The notes beneath the pieces were generated by a model. The model was not told where the DNA came from and did not search any database. It worked only from the letters and a program-made list of their open reading frames with translations. 64,000 nucleotides of DNA. Source: Aplysia californica (Eukaryota). Shown one piece after another: positions 63,526 to 64,000 of this stretch. The stretch spans positions 401,202 to 465,201 of the forward strand of contig NW_004797292.1 of the NCBI RefSeq assembly GCF_000002075.1, in the 5' to 3' direction. Made by a program: the position numbers and the translations under genes. Each line of letters opens with the position of its first letter. Position 1 is the first letter of the stretch.

Positions 63526-64000
63526 TCGTAATTATAATTTGTTGCTTTGTAACTTCTTATGTAGTGAAGAAGCATGCAAATTTTGGTTTTGTCCCCCAGA
63601 GGAGCTTTTTCTACTAAGTATAGATCTAGATCTAGAATCTAGATCTAGATCTAGAAGCTAGGCTTACTTTTCCTTTTGGCCACCTCTATTCTCACCCCGG
63701 GTGAGAATAGCGCAGGCGAGTCTTTTGGCTATTCTCACCCGGTGGGCATTCACTTTCACCGTTATGCCGTTATAGCCTTGGCCAACCAGTGAAGCGTTCA
63801 CCCTGAACCACAGAATTCTACACTGTGATATCAGAATTGTAGAATTCTGTGCCATGAACAAACGTTCTAGATCTATTACTAAGTTACTGTTAGAGTTAGC
63901 CTAAAAACTAAAAGCGTGCAATTTTGTCTGTGGGCAGTGGAGAGAGAGAAAGAGAGAGAAAGAGGAGTAACGAGAGAACTTCCGGGCAAAACAAAATGAC

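Overview
Eukaryotic (metazoan) draft-assembly DNA: AT-rich, intron-rich, with 12 N-gaps and many microsatellites. The repeat types suggest a lophotrochozoan, probably a mollusc (inference). I reconstructed three spliced genes by hand from GT-AG sites and reading phase. (1) The 3' part of an unrecognised, largely low-complexity protein gene on + (exons 798-10416). (2) A + strand gene (20542-40212) for a type I membrane protein: signal peptide, two EGF-like domains, one TM helix and a ~1,280-aa disordered cytoplasmic tail. The 1122-aa ORF at 36844-40212 is its terminal exon. It also has a candidate short alternative terminal exon, and an intronic inverted repeat brackets the frame-symmetric TM exon. 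(3) HSPA14 (Hsp70L1) on -, with 13 coding exons from 62607 down to 44778; exon 1 lies beyond the window. The rest is mobile DNA: a decayed non-LTR retrotransposon (14.5-16.5 kb), an internally deleted Helitron with a near-identical 1.5-kb duplicate, nested TIR elements with 5-bp TSDs, pogo-like and Kolobok-like MITEs, an RTE 3' fragment, and several SINE families that share one 3' tail. No CRISPR, rRNA or intact tRNA gene is supported. All gene models are sequence-only predictions without transcript evidence.
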